A stretch of DNA of 64,000 nt from a virus (Duplodnaviria; Caudoviricetes), in IMG/VR virus record IMGVR_UViG_3300044712_000786, positions 32,001 through 96,000 of that record; one strand, given 5' to 3'. The notes under the pieces were generated by a model. It had not been told where the DNA came from and made no database searches. It was given only the letters and a program-made list of their open reading frames with translations. The stretch's first letter is position 1. Each line of letters starts with the position of its first letter. Positions 23,401 to 31,943 of this stretch are shown here, one piece after another. The position numbers were made by a program, and so were the translations under genes.

Positions 23401-26400
23401 CCAGATAGAGACTCATTTGGTAAGTCTGCACGACAAGACCTATTAGACGCATTTAAAACTGGCGACGTAAACAAACAAATCGAAATCTCCGAAAGAGTAG
23501 CTAAGAGAATAGGAACAGAGAAAACCGCTGCCGAATTAGAAACTGGCTTTGCCGAATATCTTGACAAAAATAAGAAGATAAACAGCGAGGGATTTAGCCG
23601 AATTGACAGCTTTGAAAGGACTCTAAGGAGTTCTGTTAATAAGCAGGGATTAACCTTTGACCAATTCTTAGCTACTAATCCCGGCTCCTTAGACTATATT
23701 AAAAGCTCTGGAAGCGCCGAACAAATGGATTCTCGCCTAAGGGAATTAATTAATAAATTCGACCCTAGCTTTAATACTTCGTTTTCTGGAGCATTAAATA
23801 AACTATTTACAGAAGAAGGACCGCTTAAGCAGAACGCATATAAGAGAGTATTTAGCGGAGCTACTAACGAACAATTGGATAGCGAGCGAAAAGCCCTTGA
23901 ATTAATGAATAGAAATCAAGTAGAAAGCGCTAAATATATCGAATCCTTCGGTAATCAAGTTTTCTTAACTAAGGAAAAATTCCGCTCATTTACTGATGAT
24001 ATCGTCGCCTCGATGGAGAGGTTTAATGCTAATCTGCAAGCCGCAAATGAAAGAATAGATATATTCGGTAAGGGTCTAATTGATTTAAATGAACCTTCCT
24101 TGCGCCCCGAGGGACAACTAAATATTAGTCAGGGATTTAGAGATATACAGACAAAAGCGCAAGCCCAATCTCAATTTTCTCTAATTCAGAAACAGTTTGA
24201 ATCTGCTATGAGCGCTGCCCTAACTAAGGCGGAAACCCAAAGGTTCGACGCATTTGAAAAGTTAATGGGCGAAAAAGCTGGTGTTCTAAGTGGCGCTCAA
24301 CAAGTATCTAACGCCGCTTATACCAACGTTCTTTCTGGCGGTGACTTACTACAAAAACTAAACAATATTAATAATAGGACCGAAGTAACGGGTGGATTAT
24401 CTGAGATTAACAAAATTAATCAAGAATCTATCAGAAACACTTTAGAGGAATTTAACAAGATTGCCCGAGAAAAAGATAGCTCTATTACTGCTTTAATAGA
24501 TACTACCGCTAATAAGTTAGCCGCTCTTGATTTAACCAAGACTTTGGAAACTAGCCGCCTTAACTTGAATCAAAAGTTGAATTACGGGGGCGGGTTATCC
24601 GAAATACTAAATGGTAATATCAAAGCCCAGATGGTTCAGCTAGGAACCTCCGCTAATGTAGCTAATACTCTTAGAAACAGCACTGCTCCCGGTGAAGTAG
24701 CTTATCAAAGGGCTGAAATTCTTAAGAAATTCAACGTAGAAGTTCCCGAAAGCCTTAGGAAAGAACTATTTACAGAAAGTAAAAAGAATTTAACTCAAGC
24801 TGGTTTTTCGATTCCCGATGAGGTAATTCAAAAACAAATAGATTCTACATTCCCTAAATCTGACCCAGAGCGAGAAGCTAAAATAATTAAAGCTATGGAG
24901 GAAATGGCTAAACTAAGCCTCGCTGCTGTAAATGAAGAGTCATTAATCAAGCAAACCGAGCTAAGTATTGCTACTCAAACCCAGATTAACACTAAGAATA
25001 TATCTGATGGAATAGCACAAATATTAAAAGATGGATTGAAGGTAAGCGAATCTAAGAACACTAAAGATAGTCCCGCTCCTAGCTCATTTGAAATGCCAAT
25101 GTCTTGGGACATGCCTGCTAATCCGATGCTAAAGTATGATATTGGCTCAGTTTCTAAATCTATTAAATCTAAGGAAGAAGAATTTAAGAAAATAGAAGAT
25201 AATCCTGTAATGACTGTAATGCAGCGCGAAGGATGGTCTCCGTTTGCCGAAGCTAAACCTAAAAAACTTTATACTTTTTCTGATTTAAGGGAGATGGAAA
25301 GACTACAGGGAGAAATTGATAAAGATAAAACGACTCTTGCTAAAATCAAATTAGACGCCGCCAGAAATCAAATCTCTATTCCGTTTGGAATGTCACAAGA
25401 CTGGGAAGATAGCAAACCTAGCAAAATTACCCCTAATATAGGAACAACGAAAGCTAACTTAGGTTATTACGGAGGGATGGCTTATGATTTACCGATGCCG
25501 ATGACCCCTTCTCTGCCAGTCTATAATAACAAGAATATTATTACTCTAGCGGAAATTAAAGCTAAACAAATTAACGCAGCTAACGAAAAGAACTTCGGGG
25601 ATGTTATAAGGGAAGGACCGTTGCCTATTTCAACTACGGACCCAACTGCTCGACCACAAGCTAAAAATACTAGATACGCGGCAGAATTAAGACAGAGAAT
25701 AGAATTAGACGCCGCTACTAAAGATTATATAGCTAGCACGAAAGAATTAACAGAAGCTATGTATGGTGCCGTTGGAGGTTTTACTACCTTTAATGATACC
25801 ATTATCTCTACTCAAAAAACTCTAATTGACTTTGCGGGGTCAGTAAAAGAAGGTTTCCATGACTTAATTGGCTTAGCTATAAGAGGAACGGGCGATATTG
25901 AGGAAAGATTCCGCGAAATGTTCGAGGAAATACTTAATAAAGCCGCAACAAATATGGCTTCTAGCGGACTTGACTTTGTATTTAGCCAAGTTACTAAGGG
26001 TATTGGAGTTGAAAGCCTATTCAAGAATAAGGGCGGTTATATTCCTCGATTCTCTGAGGGTGGAGTAGTAAGAGGGGGTTCGGGAACTAAAGACGATGTT
26101 CTAGCTCAGCTTAGCGGCGGCGAATACGTTATCAATAGGTCCGCTGCTGAAAAAATTGGTTATAAAAACCTAGAAGCAATTAATAAAGGAGGTTCTTCGG
26201 GCGGTCCTTCTAACTGGGACGCTTTTGGGGCTGCTGGTGGAGCCGATTCATTTATTAATCAGCGCTCTAGCGGGATTACCGCTCATTTACAGAATGCTTA
26301 TCGATATAATGACCCTCGTCAGCCAACTGCTGGAGAGGTTGTAGTTGACCCTAGGTTGTCTATCCAAGCTCTAACTGACATGGATAATCCTCAAAGCAGG

Positions 26401-27213
26401 ATTAGAATGGAAAGGGAAGAGAATCTATTAAACTACATAACAGATAAACAAGATTTTCAAAAAGCCCAAGACAAGGCTCAGAAACAGTATAAGGAAGGTC
26501 TATGGTGGAGCTTTGGAACATCTTTAGCTGGCGCTGCTGGCAATACTTGGGCAGCGGGAGCTAAACCTAATACTTTAGGTGGCAAAGACTTTAAGGGAGC
26601 TTATGATACCTCTACTTCGGCTGAAGGCGCTGATTGGTCTAATCCCGGCTTTGAATACGAAAGATTCCAGTGGGATAGTAGTGTATCTCGCAGACCCCTA
26701 ACCCGTAATTCGGGAGGTTCTATCAATTCTAAGACAGCTTTATTAACTGGGGGCGAATATGTTATGTCGCCTGCTACTGTAAGCCGCCTAGGGGTGTCTA
26801 GAATGAATACCTTGAACGCTGGACACGTTCCCACTTTCGCTCTAGGAGGGCTTATGGGCTCTTCTAACGCTGGAAGCTCTCCAGACTCACTTAAGGAGTC
26901 TATAGACAAGCTAGTAGCCGTTTCCCAAGAGATACGGGGCACCCTAGAGGGTAAGGATACTAAAACGGGTAATAAAGATTCGGCACCCGCTATATCCAAT
27001 AACGTTAATATAACTATTTCTGTTACTCAGACTGGAAAAGTCAACTCAGACACTCAAGTTTCGTCTGGTGCAGGGGCTTCCGAGAAGGAAGACAAGAATA
27101 AGAAGCAGGACGAATACAAGAAACTTGGTATGATGATTGAAAACAAGGTCTTGGAAGTTATTGTTCAGGAGCAGAGACCGGGGGGTCTGCTTTATGATTC
27201 CGAATCTCGTTAA
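14479..27213 (+). CDS. Giant tape measure protein (4244 aa) with internal enzyme-like cassettes
   Basis: N-terminal TMP core (LKQFSNELFNIAKTTGQSFDEV...NKLAKVDQNFAVSAGDL...GNAYKTIFTRL); helical distal region; C-terminal GGYIPRFSEGG...LSGGEYVIN module present twice; position after chaperones. Confidence 0.9.
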   Translation: MNLDGKLVIGADVTPALNEIVRMAGKLPPFKIRVDTRNFPLGSMAKSADQFAQSIQAANQRVLAFGASAGTIYAIEKAFRFLVSSTIEVEKRLTEINVILGASSSNLKQFSNELFNIAKTTGQSFDEVSKAALEFSRQGLGVTETLKRTRDALILTRQTGIDVGEAVSAITATLNSFTKAAYDSTTVINKLAKVDQNFAVSAGDLVEAIKRVGSSAEDAGVSLDELIAMVTSAQQITARGGSVIGNAYKTIFTRLQRPEVLNQLEEIGVAVRDNSNAILPAIKILENFSKSYDNLNQSQKSAATELVGSVYQINVLKAGLKDLGSSYSFYERALNDSASATDEAILRNEKMNKSIAAMVNSTKESWKQLSADIGEQAIGPAIKRALGAFDFAAGGLSELFSKNKGSGEQSVNIGKDIGQGILKGLSQFIEGPGLALVGLVMFRFAKTFTKFAIDSAKVVGELNKNIENRAILESEIATVLAQQPKIYERLLSGEITREQAEREVLTIIRNQNAALDIQKGIITSMGTSISTRGAAAVTRDKKVVVAASRGYIPNFANPVLTERAGAYKAGYVPGKVKLFENKVINDAERVIPPSNLKNLGSTANTSAIVPPLASPAGQVYKAAFKTMSGVDLATGQKGFMYGRNYFQREWIKSTAKNRKLSVNDPDVIMTLGKEFANKYGTKQGFLAVNKGFVPNFAQYQYPTIAAIRKQRPQLGDILKNAPTVWGQATGQRFLNHDLTGDKIPISYRDNINLGDMMNNILAKGKFRASEGFVPSFASFKEYKGIGLTARVPDSEILDPEAASKFAQKLSLDGNVSTLLKVIRKVAPKSPALEDNSLKFEVNSGLRFGNDFKASGLYQSDNDTISISSSARSQTLAHEMGHMVDISSFSDFYKQSGFSRKKLINALRRDQIKFKSRPYLMTGAFDGDMVRDMLMMYRSPDKRNKEAIADIFADSGRIFNPKMEDYSHKKYLTTGEAPKMIRKGIKKILGLKSSGFIPNFGPIKDPYKVNPIYHVLETIRKSSGSDYQNNWGEPINYDERQEENKRLIASVKSIGFAGYGIKSDNKDYQIGSMFAPYAITTGYEEKEVAKYIPMDKLKAAGLSERRIYKMLFKGDRLSSRFQQYNDPFSIESSQAKIRRAKEGIAVKKASGNTINLNAATYLASRMKENSQDKWAQQNAISEALNTIVPYPELQSEKQEGKVVKQYLSSGDNKYKRGSLKETKEKLMQYFGIKVNKTDAAGMLSEKRLLRSLGLASRGSPTLAEDRGLELNDYKNNQQRRITVSSKIGQYRKELEIASLVDNPISPAMSLDDYRRYILTHGATPTTPFSRVITQLQRASAKEDKGDRKTNLEYALRSIAGGSVSSTATIRNLPRLNKIFPELKLTNKEIIRAFKNSTYGKIFRPAEQKPSILGQTMESLKAFKGFRSTQAKARLGRGEVKGVTQDMFNSDITPYASFSIIQRETPKNIQDILFNLEKSFADRVSQSKLLFRGSSIIEPMLVNLLGSFTSLGGRTDEKRIRSYLTSSIVKSASYGLSSPIGDKKGVVSIYSRPILENLGLLQSGLVPSNEQANSVVAERLHRKALMGVLNLENGRLLKPKDFMSSVRDIEIPEELIQFNRGLNELASGSIINRASPKITSTPMGGVMNLYRKVETSGMTPRQKDFRGPKTPLPFEDIKGWDSERMVKYLRSSLGDTERGVAPFGSEHSSYFDLRYMSFTDRKMRKDIAEGRVSLQDYSSIIFQRKVPVQELVTPENLGDIMTSGEATKKKIFDRGVFFDLPRFRDKFGISEHTSEREYPFLTTAPAGKVSNFGKIFGLSRSKGYVPNFAYIPGISQLAGRLLTNITHTESYGLKERMDSIKQLKLKDYIGALVKDIPTPAASPKGEVWNTYDRDILFRSVFKLPHRVLMPENQDFLKSRKLVKTSDSTYRLTNKGRILSNALQSLSQGKYAPQPNNPNELYILGQNKTMGGFDFTINKDQNKVGYHDLWDFAKNPWEKFDFKGALSFAGQYAKSVVKNRSFGMTDELRSHPFVAEDNSMYRQSPASMLARMAISPFARPVRVQDSFSPLSKEKVERLQKLKSSSSYGSKRHKVYNQALTDDSLVKQLLELAKNPPPSVGIMNKGFVPNFVLPNKGFLGSPFPFEDFRKLKTLEEQYKFIKSEFPKVGLANHPIGEGSSRAVYGIGGNMVLKMVKDTKHIIDGYKSHPLNEAIRQKVLLKGFAQNQTEGSQMFAGFRDIVPYNYEVDDRFKYIIAERAAAMTQANAVKFGYPSVSDALYEPRFRRRLTSLYKTGVIPDEGSKNFGFIRRGGENRPALIDYGLDTQTAKNLYGFTGQDFISKGLIPNFAIEFKDRKRIYKTGFGGDTEFLEKVLSKISPDTSLLQATIHGSRDELLQRVTPAELEEILALKNIPINKDTIAHINIVKTRFGNLPHTFGIQQKLSGSTAPLVVVPSFPDPVINAETGLGTKEGRGTLINTILTRNPRGEGIVRPSVDRFGQIMKILQDKWGNTTEVIGLERARQMFGLNAKRKASGFIPNFADPLKLAIAREIAAGVPASLIKVENHASLKSANNPLGLAVTNKRDEPNGVSQGISRAIREGANPKTYGSGRVPNFADQPRILTGLKGILQSNPATDANFNQGVRDEILEKAKTLVLKMKDSQVPIGELGVQADKAVKQFTKMVAGLTKSQEMIDSFSKSISYWKRENQKNRPSTPLKNQADIGAGLAAQNALEAELQAKRQAQEERTQKRRLDAQSFKEKTITSTVGRINQGEFIPNIRKPILADERVSGALKNQAISVVSDGGFVLSGDRKKYYDWLAKNDKQAFRGAKQMRNANLQNRAFGVSFGASMVGGLASQFIGDATQERRGYSKAVEGGANTLAMGALGFQVAGPAGALALGAVSGWGAVTDTIKAFNDTLPDLQKNLEAVTERSTRTSDAFSKFIQTSEQINSILLSPKPGAARELQRLRTQQSSALADIPDRDSFGKSARQDLLDAFKTGDVNKQIEISERVAKRIGTEKTAAELETGFAEYLDKNKKINSEGFSRIDSFERTLRSSVNKQGLTFDQFLATNPGSLDYIKSSGSAEQMDSRLRELINKFDPSFNTSFSGALNKLFTEEGPLKQNAYKRVFSGATNEQLDSERKALELMNRNQVESAKYIESFGNQVFLTKEKFRSFTDDIVASMERFNANLQAANERIDIFGKGLIDLNEPSLRPEGQLNISQGFRDIQTKAQAQSQFSLIQKQFESAMSAALTKAETQRFDAFEKLMGEKAGVLSGAQQVSNAAYTNVLSGGDLLQKLNNINNRTEVTGGLSEINKINQESIRNTLEEFNKIAREKDSSITALIDTTANKLAALDLTKTLETSRLNLNQKLNYGGGLSEILNGNIKAQMVQLGTSANVANTLRNSTAPGEVAYQRAEILKKFNVEVPESLRKELFTESKKNLTQAGFSIPDEVIQKQIDSTFPKSDPEREAKIIKAMEEMAKLSLAAVNEESLIKQTELSIATQTQINTKNISDGIAQILKDGLKVSESKNTKDSPAPSSFEMPMSWDMPANPMLKYDIGSVSKSIKSKEEEFKKIEDNPVMTVMQREGWSPFAEAKPKKLYTFSDLREMERLQGEIDKDKTTLAKIKLDAARNQISIPFGMSQDWEDSKPSKITPNIGTTKANLGYYGGMAYDLPMPMTPSLPVYNNKNIITLAEIKAKQINAANEKNFGDVIREGPLPISTTDPTARPQAKNTRYAAELRQRIELDAATKDYIASTKELTEAMYGAVGGFTTFNDTIISTQKTLIDFAGSVKEGFHDLIGLAIRGTGDIEERFREMFEEILNKAATNMASSGLDFVFSQVTKGIGVESLFKNKGGYIPRFSEGGVVRGGSGTKDDVLAQLSGGEYVINRSAAEKIGYKNLEAINKGGSSGGPSNWDAFGAAGGADSFINQRSSGITAHLQNAYRYNDPRQPTAGEVVVDPRLSIQALTDMDNPQSRIRMEREENLLNYITDKQDFQKAQDKAQKQYKEGLWWSFGTSLAGAAGNTWAAGAKPNTLGGKDFKGAYDTSTSAEGADWSNPGFEYERFQWDSSVSRRPLTRNSGGSINSKTALLTGGEYVMSPATVSRLGVSRMNTLNAGHVPTFALGGLMGSSNAGSSPDSLKESIDKLVAVSQEIRGTLEGKDTKTGNKDSAPAISNNVNITISVTQTGKVNSDTQVSSGAGASEKEDKNKKQDEYKKLGMMIENKVLEVIVQEQRPGGLLYDSESR
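16126..22314 (+). repeat. Nine copies of peptide motif G[FYLR][IV]P[NS]F[AGV] inside the TMP
   Basis: Motif starts at nt 16126, 16549, 16789, 17458, 19939, 20842, 21493, 22069, 22294; looser copies near 22783, 26035 and 26821. Confidence 0.9.
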
Positions 27214-28072
27214 TCTGTTCTCTTAAGCTGATAATCTCACGCTCAAGCATGTTAATAGCCTGATTATAAACAACATCTATAGTCAGGCTGTTTTGCATCA
27301 TCATAGGAAGCTCTAAAACGGGGGTAAAATCTCTCGAAATTGAATAGGGAGCCCTATTTACTAAATTTGGGTATAGCGTATTAAGAACAAGCTTCCATTT
27401 TTTAACAGATAGCTTGCCCGAAGATAGCCCTTCTTGGATAGGGTTACTTACTATAATAGTAGAAGTGTTATCCTGAGAGCTTAAGGAGGATACTTCGCGC
27501 TCTAATACGAGGGCTTCATCTAAAACGCTAAAGCTAATATCGAATACAGCCCCCTCTCCAGAGCCCCCCTTCATTTTACATTCTCCTTCAGGCGCTTTAA
27601 TATACAAACCTCTATTCTTTACCCCTATACGAGATATTACCCCACCTTCTTTGATGTTGGTAACGATTATCTTAGTAGAAAGATACTCCCCCTCTTTTAC
27701 GTCAAGGGAGGGTATGCCAGCATCTACGCTCAAAATATCCCCTACTTTATATCCAGAACCATTGTTAAGAATAGCGGTAACTATGTCCATTTCATACTGC
27801 GGGAAACTTAGAAAAATAGAATCCCCATATTGAAGCTTTGGAATGACATCTTCAGCTATGGAAATACATTTAGAATCTACTACCTTGAAATCCCAAGCTA
27901 ACTCTTCCTTTGAAGCGAAGTTAATGACATAGAAAGCATTCTCTTTATTGACCCGTAAATAGCTGCCTTCTCTGACCTTAGATAGGTCATCTAGGGTACA
28001 ACAATACGCTTCATTAGTATTGTTTTTAATCGAAAGAGAACTTCCGTTAAACAAACTTCGTGGATTAATCAT
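27158..28072 (-). CDS. Hypothetical virion-associated protein
   Basis: Long ORF; ILNNGSGYKVGD motif like tail-fibre spacer modules; converges on and overlaps the TMP end. Confidence 0.5.
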   Translation of the reverse strand: MINPRSLFNGSSLSIKNNTNEAYCCTLDDLSKVREGSYLRVNKENAFYVINFASKEELAWDFKVVDSKCISIAEDVIPKLQYGDSIFLSFPQYEMDIVTAILNNGSGYKVGDILSVDAGIPSLDVKEGEYLSTKIIVTNIKEGGVISRIGVKNRGLYIKAPEGECKMKGGSGEGAVFDISFSVLDEALVLEREVSSLSSQDNTSTIIVSNPIQEGLSSGKLSVKKWKLVLNTLYPNLVNRAPYSISRDFTPVLELPMMMQNSLTIDVVYNQAINMLEREIISLREQINEIRNHKADPPVSAPEQ

Positions 28073-28074
28073 TT

Positions 28075-30612
28075 TTAGCTATAAACGATAGGAATTAAAG
28101 GAACGTAAGTCCAAGCGGGAACGTTATTGTCTAGTCCCCCGCCTACGCCCGTAGAAGTATAACCCGTGCATACAAACAAATGAACGATAGAACCAGTCAT
28201 ACCCATGTCTGGATTACCAGTGCCTACGGTTACCATACCGGGGTATCCCGGTCTATAACCACGAGCCTTACTAGGGGTATACATGTTATTCTGAAGAACT
28301 AAAGCCCCACTTCTAACCCATACGTTTCCAGAAGCAAAGAAATTGACCGAGTTATCCCAAGTAGGAGACTTGGCATAAGTAGAAGCGTCTGCGATAACAC
28401 TCGCCCCGCTCTTAGTAGTAATGTTATGACCAAAAGCCAAGGAAGAATTAGCAGCCGTATTTTTTGTTCCACCTAGGACTAATCCGTAATCGCTAGAAAC
28501 AGTGTTGCCAGTTCCATTAAGAACTGTTCCATAATTAGCTGCGGAGACGGTATTGCCTCGACCATTACCGATGAATGAAAATGTAGAGCTAGAACTTACC
28601 GTTTGTCTTGTTCCATGAACAATAACCGAATACTGGGCGGAAGTAATTTGATTTAGCTTACCGTTTAAGATGACATCCATATGGTCACCAACGGGAGTAT
28701 CAATAGAGTTTCCAGAGCCATTACCTATCAACGAAAAATTACTATAGCAGAAATTAGTAACACCATTGCCAATGGTAGCATAATTAGCAGCGGTTGCTCC
28801 GCAATTAACGCCATTTGCTTCAGTATAATTACATTGAAGAATAACTACTCCAGAACCAAAAGACTGACAAAATGAGCCATCGCTTGTGCTGTTTTCCGCG
28901 CCTCCTAAAATCGTAGAATAATTATTTGAACTAATGGAGTTACTATAACCTCCAGCGGAAGAATAATCGCTGCTCGTAACATGGTTATCGAATCCAAAAA
29001 TAATAGAGCTATAGCTACTATCAACCGTATTACTATAACCTCCTAAAATTGTGCTGTATAGCTTCAAGGTTTTAATAGTATTACTACGTCCCCCGAGAAT
29101 TCCCCCGTAAGCTCCAGAATTAGTATTGCTGCGCCCACCAGCTATAACGCCATAAGTCGCGTCTAGATTATTATCGTTTCCTCCCCCGATAAAACTAGCT
29201 GATGAATTTATCTTGTTAGTATCTCCACCAGCAATAACGGAATTAGTAGCCTTTAGTAAATTAGCTTGCCCCCCACCCACAACCGAATATGTTCCGCTAC
29301 AAATGTTATTCAATCCCCCCAGCAGAGAAGAGAATCCTAGCAAACAAGAATTGCCTAATCCTCCACCAATAGTAACATACAAATCGGCGGCTGTTCTTCC
29401 AGCTACATTAGTAGCTCCACCCACAATACAGCTATAAGTGCTAGCAATAGTATTGCTTTCCCCACCTAAAGAGCAAGATTTAGCTCCACTTATTCTATTG
29501 GATAAGCCACCTACAATACATGAATCGGTAGCACCCGCTACGATAATGTTACTGGTTCCCCCCGCAATAACGCTAGAATCGCTCAGAACAGAGTTTTTAA
29601 ATCCCCCACCAATAGAAGCTCCGTCTGCATTTTGAAGTAAATTACCAGTTCCACCTACGCAAGAGCTATAATCAGAACCGCTGATAGTATTTGTAAATCC
29701 AGCTAAGCTAGCTACATATTTGCTTAACTTAACTGAGTTAGAGCTTCCCCCTAATATTAATGCTCCAGTAGCTCTATTAACATCTGAGTTCGTAGAAGAT
29801 ACAATAGAAGAATTAATTGCAGAAATTAAGTCGGAGTTATCTGAACCTATGACAGTAGAATAATTAGTTCCAGATACCATTGTATTAGTGCTGCCCACTA
29901 GAGAACATCCAGCCCCGCCAGTAACAGAATTATAATTACCTCCCAAAATTGAGCTATTAAGCGAGTCGGTAATCTGACTATAACCGCCCATAATAGTGCT
30001 CTGGTCCGAATTAACAATGGTGTTGCTATAACCTCCAATAAGAATTGAGTAGTCTCCAGAAGTTATTGAGCTTGCTTCGTTGGCTATAATAGAGGCATTA
30101 GTAGAAGCATGAATATTAGCGCTGCGAGACGAAATAACGGATGATAAAGTCGAATTTCCAGTAATATTACCCTGTCTGCTTCCTCCAATTATAGAATTAG
30201 AACCATAAATCGTATTGGTAAAGCCGCCTAGAACAATATTATTATTTCCAGAAATCGCCTGTTGATTTCCTCCTATAATATTACTGTATTGCCCAGTAAT
30301 CTTATTAGACCTAACCTGACCCACTACAAGACTTTCGAATAAACCAGTAGTATCAGCGGCACTAAAAACCGTGCCAGCCCCAGTCACCATTAAATTGCCG
30401 CTAAATATCCTCAGGGCTCCGTATCTCTCGCCAAAAAGACCATTCATCCCAACGGAGTTATTTAAAGAAATAAATAATCCAGAATGCAGGGCGCTCAAGA
30501 AGACGCTAGTCAAATCTACGCCATAACTAACCCCGCCCTTGTTAACGAATATTGTATCCGCTAAAGCTGGATTAGTAACCGTTGTCAATTGTGATACTTT
30601 TTTATCTGCCAT
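28075..30612 (-). CDS. Fibre protein with S-x-I-x-GG-x-x-N repeats (YadA-head-like beta-roll)
   Basis: Dozens of IxGGxxN repeats; MADKKVSQL N-terminus common in phage fibres; late motif upstream. Confidence 0.7.
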   Translation of the reverse strand: MADKKVSQLTTVTNPALADTIFVNKGGVSYGVDLTSVFLSALHSGLFISLNNSVGMNGLFGERYGALRIFSGNLMVTGAGTVFSAADTTGLFESLVVGQVRSNKITGQYSNIIGGNQQAISGNNNIVLGGFTNTIYGSNSIIGGSRQGNITGNSTLSSVISSRSANIHASTNASIIANEASSITSGDYSILIGGYSNTIVNSDQSTIMGGYSQITDSLNSSILGGNYNSVTGGAGCSLVGSTNTMVSGTNYSTVIGSDNSDLISAINSSIVSSTNSDVNRATGALILGGSSNSVKLSKYVASLAGFTNTISGSDYSSCVGGTGNLLQNADGASIGGGFKNSVLSDSSVIAGGTSNIIVAGATDSCIVGGLSNRISGAKSCSLGGESNTIASTYSCIVGGATNVAGRTAADLYVTIGGGLGNSCLLGFSSLLGGLNNICSGTYSVVGGGQANLLKATNSVIAGGDTNKINSSASFIGGGNDNNLDATYGVIAGGRSNTNSGAYGGILGGRSNTIKTLKLYSTILGGYSNTVDSSYSSIIFGFDNHVTSSDYSSAGGYSNSISSNNYSTILGGAENSTSDGSFCQSFGSGVVILQCNYTEANGVNCGATAANYATIGNGVTNFCYSNFSLIGNGSGNSIDTPVGDHMDVILNGKLNQITSAQYSVIVHGTRQTVSSSSTFSFIGNGRGNTVSAANYGTVLNGTGNTVSSDYGLVLGGTKNTAANSSLAFGHNITTKSGASVIADASTYAKSPTWDNSVNFFASGNVWVRSGALVLQNNMYTPSKARGYRPGYPGMVTVGTGNPDMGMTGSIVHLFVCTGYTSTGVGGGLDNNVPAWTYVPLIPIVYS

Positions 30613-30632
30613 ATACCTTAAAGTAGTTTACA

Positions 30633-31943
30633 CTAATAAATGAATCGTCGGGCGCTCTCTAATAGAATTCTATCCCCGTTTTCAAACAATAAATAGCCTG
30701 TTTCTGCTAATGCATCGAATTGTAGCAAATTAACATAAGCTGAAGAATTGAGTCCCAAAACACCGCTAATAAATAACCCCTTGGATAAGTCTTGAGGGTC
30801 TATTTCTGTTTCAAAATCGAATCTAGCTGTTTTATTAGCTCCGATTCCGTCTCTAAATGACACGCTATTTAATTTCGACTTTCTAAAAGCATAAACTACC
30901 TTTAAACTGTTCCTGTTACTACCACTTATGTCTATATTAAAATGATTATCATTGGCAAAAAACGAACCAATGGAGCCAGTTACTACATCATTTATCATCG
31001 CCTCAAAAGACAGGTTGACAAACACTGGTAAATTAATAACCCTATCCATGGGAGCCGTATACCCTAAATTAGTCAACGGTAACCTATTTAAGTCCATAGA
31101 CCATTCATAGGATTGTAATGACATAGAGCTAGAAGTAGTACCCAAATAACTATCTAATCCCGAGATATTTACCTTAATGTCTCCCGGTAATATAACGCTG
31201 GCGTAATTTCCAGAATCGAACATCGAAGGCAGAGAAAATCTTTGTTGAGCCCCTGAATAAGTTCTAGGGTCAATAGCGGGGACCATAATATTATCTGCCC
31301 CGCTGTTATAAGACATGTGTTCAGCTATATAAGAAACGGTGGTTTGAGGAAAAGCCCCCACCGAAGCAGAAGTTCTATAGGAAGTAAGATAACAATTACC
31401 AAAACCCAATGTATCGACATCACTTCTTCCGCTCACTCCATAAACATCCGTATTTAAATCTTGATTATCGCGAGCAATGCCCACAAAAATATTCCTACAA
31501 TCTCTATATCTCTTAGGCCAGCCCAGAGAACTATCAGAGCCGTCTTGTCTAGTTAGAAAACCAGATATAAGACATACGTTGTAATTATCTGGAAACGCCT
31601 GTCCACTATCATAATGGTTAATATAAAATCCCATCCTAACTTCATTAATAGGGTTGAAGTTAAGATAAGAGAAGCTAAGGCTAACACTGGGCGGCTCTAT
31701 CATTACGTTAGCAGCCGTTCCCATTTTTCCTAAAGAATAAACCTTTGTCCTTGCGGCGGAAATACTATAATCAAATGAGTTAATCCTATGTAATGGAAAG
31801 ACTAAGTTCTGATAATCTCCGCTAAGTAAACCATTATTACCAGTGCAAAACACCCCATAGTTATCCATGATATGGTAACCAGTGGCAGGAGCAGGGCCTA
31901 TAAAGACGCCCTGAACATTATAAATGATTCTATTCCTTGGCAT
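30633..31943 (-). CDS. Tail-tube paralog (minor tail / tube-initiator-like)
   Basis: Colinear similarity to 10997..12121: RNRIIYN/RNRVIYQ, FGNCYLTSY/FGNGYLSSY, PGDI/PGDL, KGLFISG/KGLFISG. Confidence 0.75.
   Translation of the reverse strand: MPRNRIIYNVQGVFIGPAPATGYHIMDNYGVFCTGNNGLLSGDYQNLVFPLHRINSFDYSISAARTKVYSLGKMGTAANVMIEPPSVSLSFSYLNFNPINEVRMGFYINHYDSGQAFPDNYNVCLISGFLTRQDGSDSSLGWPKRYRDCRNIFVGIARDNQDLNTDVYGVSGRSDVDTLGFGNCYLTSYRTSASVGAFPQTTVSYIAEHMSYNSGADNIMVPAIDPRTYSGAQQRFSLPSMFDSGNYASVILPGDIKVNISGLDSYLGTTSSSMSLQSYEWSMDLNRLPLTNLGYTAPMDRVINLPVFVNLSFEAMINDVVTGSIGSFFANDNHFNIDISGSNRNSLKVVYAFRKSKLNSVSFRDGIGANKTARFDFETEIDPQDLSKGLFISGVLGLNSSAYVNLLQFDALAETGYLLFENGDRILLESARRFIY

Noticed and set aside
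15465-26999. Numerous short - strand ORFs inside the TMP, and similar ones inside other long genes
   Set aside because: Antisense shadows of long coding regions, with no promoters or recognisable motifs.
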